Of a stretch of 64,000 nucleotides of DNA, positions 60,246-64,000 are shown piece after piece. Under the pieces are notes generated by a model that was not told where the DNA came from, did no database searches, and saw nothing but the letters and a program-made list of their open reading frames with translations. Every line of letters starts with the position of its first letter. The first letter of the stretch is position 1. The translations under genes and the position numbers were made by a program. The stretch is from Parcubacteria group bacterium (GTDB taxonomy: Bacteria > Patescibacteriota > Minisyncoccia > Phycocordibacterales > CALRHW01). The DNA is taken from contig JBCLGW010000001.1 in NCBI GenBank assembly GCA_039740835.1, positions 27,640 to 91,639 of the forward strand, written 5' to 3'.

Positions 60246-60728
60246 CTCAAACGTAGTAAAGGTGAGCCGGAATGGAGTTTTTTCGTCTGGCTCGTGCACA
60301 GCTTCCTTTGTTTTTTTCCAGCTAGATAAGTCGGTGAGAGGGAAGTATACATCGCCCTCAAACTCGTCGTCTATAAAAGTGATATATATTTTGTCGGCGT
60401 AAGGTAAAAATTCTTTATAAATTGTTCTTCCGCCGATTATCATTATTTCTTCGTTTTTTGCCATTTCTAAGACTGGCTCAATAGAGTCAAACACTACAAT
60501 ATTTTCAGTCGATAGATTTTCAGGTAATGGCTCTTTTGAAAGCACTATATTTTTTCTATCAGGTAGAGCTTTGCCTAGTGATTTGAAAGTAACAGCGCCC
60601 ATCACAATAGTTTTGCCGAGTGTTTTTTCTCGGAAAAATTTCATATCAGCAGAAAGTTTTGGCCAAGGCAAAGAAAGTCCTTTACCTATTAGAAAATTTT
60701 TATCAACTCCAGCTATAAGTGTTATCAT
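60240..60728 (-). CDS. folA: dihydrofolate reductase
   Basis: IG...LPWP..SADMKFF, LPDRKNIVLS, IIGG, GDVYFP. Confidence 0.93.
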   Translation of the reverse strand: MITLIAGVDKNFLIGKGLSLPWPKLSADMKFFREKTLGKTIVMGAVTFKSLGKALPDRKNIVLSKEPLPENLSTENIVVFDSIEPVLEMAKNEEIMIIGGRTIYKEFLPYADKIYITFIDDEFEGDVYFPLTDLSSWKKTKEAVHEPDEKTPFRLTFTTFEK

Positions 60729-60732
60729 TTTT

Positions 60733-61560
60733 TTAAACAATCATCACCGCCTTTATCGCTGGATGATGATTGTAATCTACGAGTTTTATATCATCCATCG
60801 TAAATTTGTCTATGTCTTTTATTTCTGGATTGAGCCAAAGTTTTGGCGGATTCATGGGTTCTCGCGAGAGCTGTTCTTTTACCGCGTCAAAATGTTCGTG
60901 ATAAATATGCGCGTCGTTTAAAGTGAGAATACATTCGTGCGGTGTAAATCCAGTAACTTGCGCCACCATTGCAAGCAAAAGGGAATACGATGCAATGTTA
61001 AATGGCACGCCCAAAAACATATCACAGCTACGTTGCATCATATGCAAAGAAAGTTTTCCATTTGCGGCAAAAAATTGGAAAATGATGTGGCAGGGCGGAA
61101 GCGCCATCTCATCAAGCTCACCAGGGTTCCAAGCGGTGACGATGAGTCGCCTGTCATTTGGGTCTTTTTTTAATTTTTCAATAACAGTTTTTATTTGATC
61201 TATAGTGCTACCGTCTGGCTTTCTCCATGCTCGCCATTGCACGCCGTAAATCCGCCCAAGGTCACCCTTAAATTTTGCTTTCGGTGTCCAAAAGTCCGCC
61301 TCCGCGTTTGCTGTCCAAATAGTTTTTTCTGTGCCGTTTAATTCTTTCAGGCGATTGTCGTCGCTACTACCTTCGAGAAACCAAAGTAACTCACTTTTTA
61401 CAGCATTGAAAGCAAGTTTTTTTGTTGTCACTGCAGGAAAGCCGTCTTCTAGATTAAATCGCATCTGCTTTGCAAAAAGGGCGCGTGTCACCGCATTTCG
61501 TCCCTTTCTATCAACACCATTTTTCATGATTTCCTTTAGGATTTCATTGTATATTTTCAT
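60733..61560 (-). CDS. thyA: thymidylate synthase
   Basis: TTKK, ELLWFL, YGVQWR, LPPCH, QRSCDMFLGVPFNIASY. Confidence 0.96.
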   Translation of the reverse strand: MKIYNEILKEIMKNGVDRKGRNAVTRALFAKQMRFNLEDGFPAVTTKKLAFNAVKSELLWFLEGSSDDNRLKELNGTEKTIWTANAEADFWTPKAKFKGDLGRIYGVQWRAWRKPDGSTIDQIKTVIEKLKKDPNDRRLIVTAWNPGELDEMALPPCHIIFQFFAANGKLSLHMMQRSCDMFLGVPFNIASYSLLLAMVAQVTGFTPHECILTLNDAHIYHEHFDAVKEQLSREPMNPPKLWLNPEIKDIDKFTMDDIKLVDYNHHPAIKAVMIV

Positions 61561-61621
61561 ATGTATAAATTGTAACACAGGCAATATGGCGGTCACTTTT
61601 TTTGTGTTACACTTTAGCCAA

Positions 61622-62797
61622 ATGAAAGACAAACAAATCGAAAAACTCATAAAAGCAGAAGCGACTCGGCAAGACAAAGTAGTCAACCTTATAGCCTCAG
61701 AAAACTATGTTTCAGATGATGTTTTGGTAGCTTTGGGAAGCAAATTGACCAATAAATACGCAGAGGGATATCCGGGAAAGAGATACTACGGCGGGCAAAA
61801 AGTAGTAGATGAAATAGAAAATGTTTGTCGTGAGCGAGCACTTAAACTTTTCAAACTCGCAACGAAAAACTGGCATGTGAATGTTCAGCCACTTTCGGGC
61901 TCGCCGGCAAACGTTGCGGTCTATACTGCGCTCGTTTCTCCGCATGGAAAAATTATGGGAATGAGTTTGGATCAAGGCGGTCATTTGACGCACGGACACA
62001 AAGTTTCGGTGACGGGAAAATTTTGGAATCAGATTGCTTTTGGGGTGGATAGAAATACTGAAGTGCTAGATTATGAAGTGCTCAAAAAAATCGCGCTGGA
62101 ACACAAGCCAAATATTATCGTTGCTGGTTTTACTGCGTATCCGCGCATAGTTGATTTCAAAAAGTTTCGCGAAATAGCAGACGCGTGTGGTGCATATCTC
62201 ATGGTAGACATGTCGCACTTTGCTGGACTTGTCGCTGGCGATGCATATCCAAGTCCTTTCAAATATGCAGACGTGGTCACTACTACAGTACACAAAACTC
62301 TTCGCGGTCCACGCAGTGCGATTATTTTTGTGCGAAAAGATAAACGCGAGCTAGATCGACTCATAGACAAGGCAGTGTTTCCGGGGATGCAGGGCGGACC
62401 ACATCTCAATCAAATAGCGGCGGTCGCTGTCGCCCTCAAAGAAGCCGATACGCCAGCTTTCAAAAAATATGCAACACAGGTGATAAAAAATGCAAAAGTG
62501 CTTGCAGGCGAATTACAAAAACTTGGCTGGAAAATAATTTCTGGTGGCACAGACAGCCATCTTGTGCTAGTAGACACTTGGATGAATGGAAAGGGAATTT
62601 CTGGCAGTAAAGCGAGCATGCGCCTAGAAGACGCGGGGATAATTGTAAACAAAAATACTATTCCATATGAGACACGCTCTCCATTTGACCCTTCGGGTAT
62701 TCGTCTCGGCACTGCGGCGGAAACTACTCGCGGAGCAAAAGAAAAAGATATGAAAGAAATTGCGCAGAGGATAGATAAAATTTTAAAGAAAAAATAA
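61622..62797 (+). CDS. glyA: serine hydroxymethyltransferase
   Basis: LIASEN, NKYAEGYPGKRYYGG, HKTLRGPR, SGIRLGT. Confidence 0.96.
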   Translation: MKDKQIEKLIKAEATRQDKVVNLIASENYVSDDVLVALGSKLTNKYAEGYPGKRYYGGQKVVDEIENVCRERALKLFKLATKNWHVNVQPLSGSPANVAVYTALVSPHGKIMGMSLDQGGHLTHGHKVSVTGKFWNQIAFGVDRNTEVLDYEVLKKIALEHKPNIIVAGFTAYPRIVDFKKFREIADACGAYLMVDMSHFAGLVAGDAYPSPFKYADVVTTTVHKTLRGPRSAIIFVRKDKRELDRLIDKAVFPGMQGGPHLNQIAAVAVALKEADTPAFKKYATQVIKNAKVLAGELQKLGWKIISGGTDSHLVLVDTWMNGKGISGSKASMRLEDAGIIVNKNTIPYETRSPFDPSGIRLGTAAETTRGAKEKDMKEIAQRIDKILKKK

Positions 62798-62823
62798 CGG
62801 AGCGAATAAACCCAACCAAATTT

Positions 62824-63522
62824 ATGAAAAAAGGAAAATTTATAGTGATAGACGGTATTGATGGTTCTGGAAAAGCGACACAAACAAGACTTTTGGTAGA
62901 GCGACTCAAAAAAGCGGGTGTGAAAGTAAAGACTATAGATTTTCCTAGATATGAGAGCAATTTTTTTGGTGAACTTTTAGGCAAATATCTTTCAGGCGTT
63001 TACGGAGATTTTACTCAGGTAGATCCGCGTGTCGCTTCTGTGCTTTATGCTGGCGACCGTTTTGAATCAAGTAAAGAAATACGTAAGTGGATAGAGGACG
63101 GCTACACTGTGGTCGCTGACAGATATGTAAGTGCAAACCAGATTCATCAAGGGGGGAAAATAGATAATCCAAAAGACAGAAAAGAGTTTTTAGATTGGCT
63201 TGATGAGATGGAGTACGGCGTTTTCAAAATTCCTCGACCAGATCTAGTGATATATCTGGATGTGCCTTTTGAGGTAAGTAAAGAGTGGTTAAAAAACAAG
63301 GTATTGAAGGAAAAGAAAAAATATTTGGAAGGCAGAAAAGATGTTGTAGAAGAAAACCTGAAGTATTTAAAAAATTCTAGAGATACTGCAATTGTTTTAG
63401 AAAAAGAAAATAAAGATTGGCAAAAGGTAGAGTGCTGTCAGGGAATGGTGTGCATGTTACCAGAGCAAGTCAGTGAATATGTTTTTAAAATTGCAAAAAA
63501 TAAACTTGGTATCAAAGCGTAG
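62824..63522 (+). CDS. tmk: thymidylate kinase
   Basis: DGIDGSGKATQ, FPRY, DRYVSAN, PDLVIYLD. Confidence 0.9.
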   Translation: MKKGKFIVIDGIDGSGKATQTRLLVERLKKAGVKVKTIDFPRYESNFFGELLGKYLSGVYGDFTQVDPRVASVLYAGDRFESSKEIRKWIEDGYTVVADRYVSANQIHQGGKIDNPKDRKEFLDWLDEMEYGVFKIPRPDLVIYLDVPFEVSKEWLKNKVLKEKKKYLEGRKDVVEENLKYLKNSRDTAIVLEKENKDWQKVECCQGMVCMLPEQVSEYVFKIAKNKLGIKA

Positions 63523-63541
63523 AGAATGATAGTGTTATATT

Positions 63542-63970
63542 ATGTCGCTTGTATTAAAGATAAAAAAAATAAAAGAAGGTGGCATGGTGCCACAGTACGC
63601 TCACAGAGGAGATGCGGCGCTTGACCTTTTTGCCAGTGAGGCAGTGACTCTTGCACCGATGGAGCGCAAAGCTATACCGACTGGTATTGCAATGGAAATT
63701 CCAGAAGGATTTGTTGGTTTGATTTGGGACAAAAGTGGGCTTTCTATGAAAAACGGTCTAAAGACTCTCGGCGGAGTGGTAGACTCTACATATCGCGGAG
63801 AGGTGCTCGTGGGGATGATAAATCTTTCACAGGAAGCTTACACTTTTGAAGCTGGTCACAAAATCGCCCAAATGATAATTCAGAAAAAGGAAGATGTATT
63901 GGTAGAGGAGATGACCGAGCTTTCTGATACAGCACGCGGGGAGAGAGGTTTTGGTAGTACTGGGAAATAA
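63542..63970 (+). CDS. dut: dUTP pyrophosphatase
   Basis: DKSGL, GVVDSTYRGE, RGERGFGSTG. Confidence 0.95.
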   Translation: MSLVLKIKKIKEGGMVPQYAHRGDAALDLFASEAVTLAPMERKAIPTGIAMEIPEGFVGLIWDKSGLSMKNGLKTLGGVVDSTYRGEVLVGMINLSQEAYTFEAGHKIAQMIIQKKEDVLVEEMTELSDTARGERGFGSTGK

Positions 63971-64000
63971 CAGGCTAAAAAATTCTAAAAAAATGCTCAA

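Noticed and set aside
1-64000. CRISPR array, integrase, transposase, reverse transcriptase or rRNA
   Set aside because: No spaced direct repeats or recognisable motifs were found by eye.

Overview
AT-rich bacterial chromosomal window around the probable replication origin (yidC-rnpA-rpmH <> dnaA-[DnaA boxes]-dnaN). The gene content points to a Patescibacteria/CPR (Parcubacteria-like) organism; this is inference from the VirB4/PrgI/VirB6/VirB2 secretion-like locus, scattered type IV pilus genes, rplK without a following rplA, short yebC and many apparently leaderless genes. Housekeeping content includes pcrA, rsmA, PBP1A, tyrS (frameshifted in a G9 run), ruvABC, polA, holA, mutM, murE, rpsT, rplS, secE-nusG-rplK, seven tRNAs and a compact dTMP/folate cluster (dcd, folA, thyA, glyA, tmk, dut, plus folD). 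The best leads are: an unannotated, promoter-driven, ~250-290 nt structured RNA (27.6-27.9 kb); an orphan DGR-type variable-repeat gene behind a perfect promoter and a multi-hairpin leader (55.6-56.5 kb); a type IV pilin-like domain fused to a T4SS-locus protein; a TIMP-like gene beside a HEXXH zincin; two micro-ORFs (one acidic, one Cys-rich); and an HNH gene whose end lies inside tRNA-Ser. All assignments are by eye, with no database searches.
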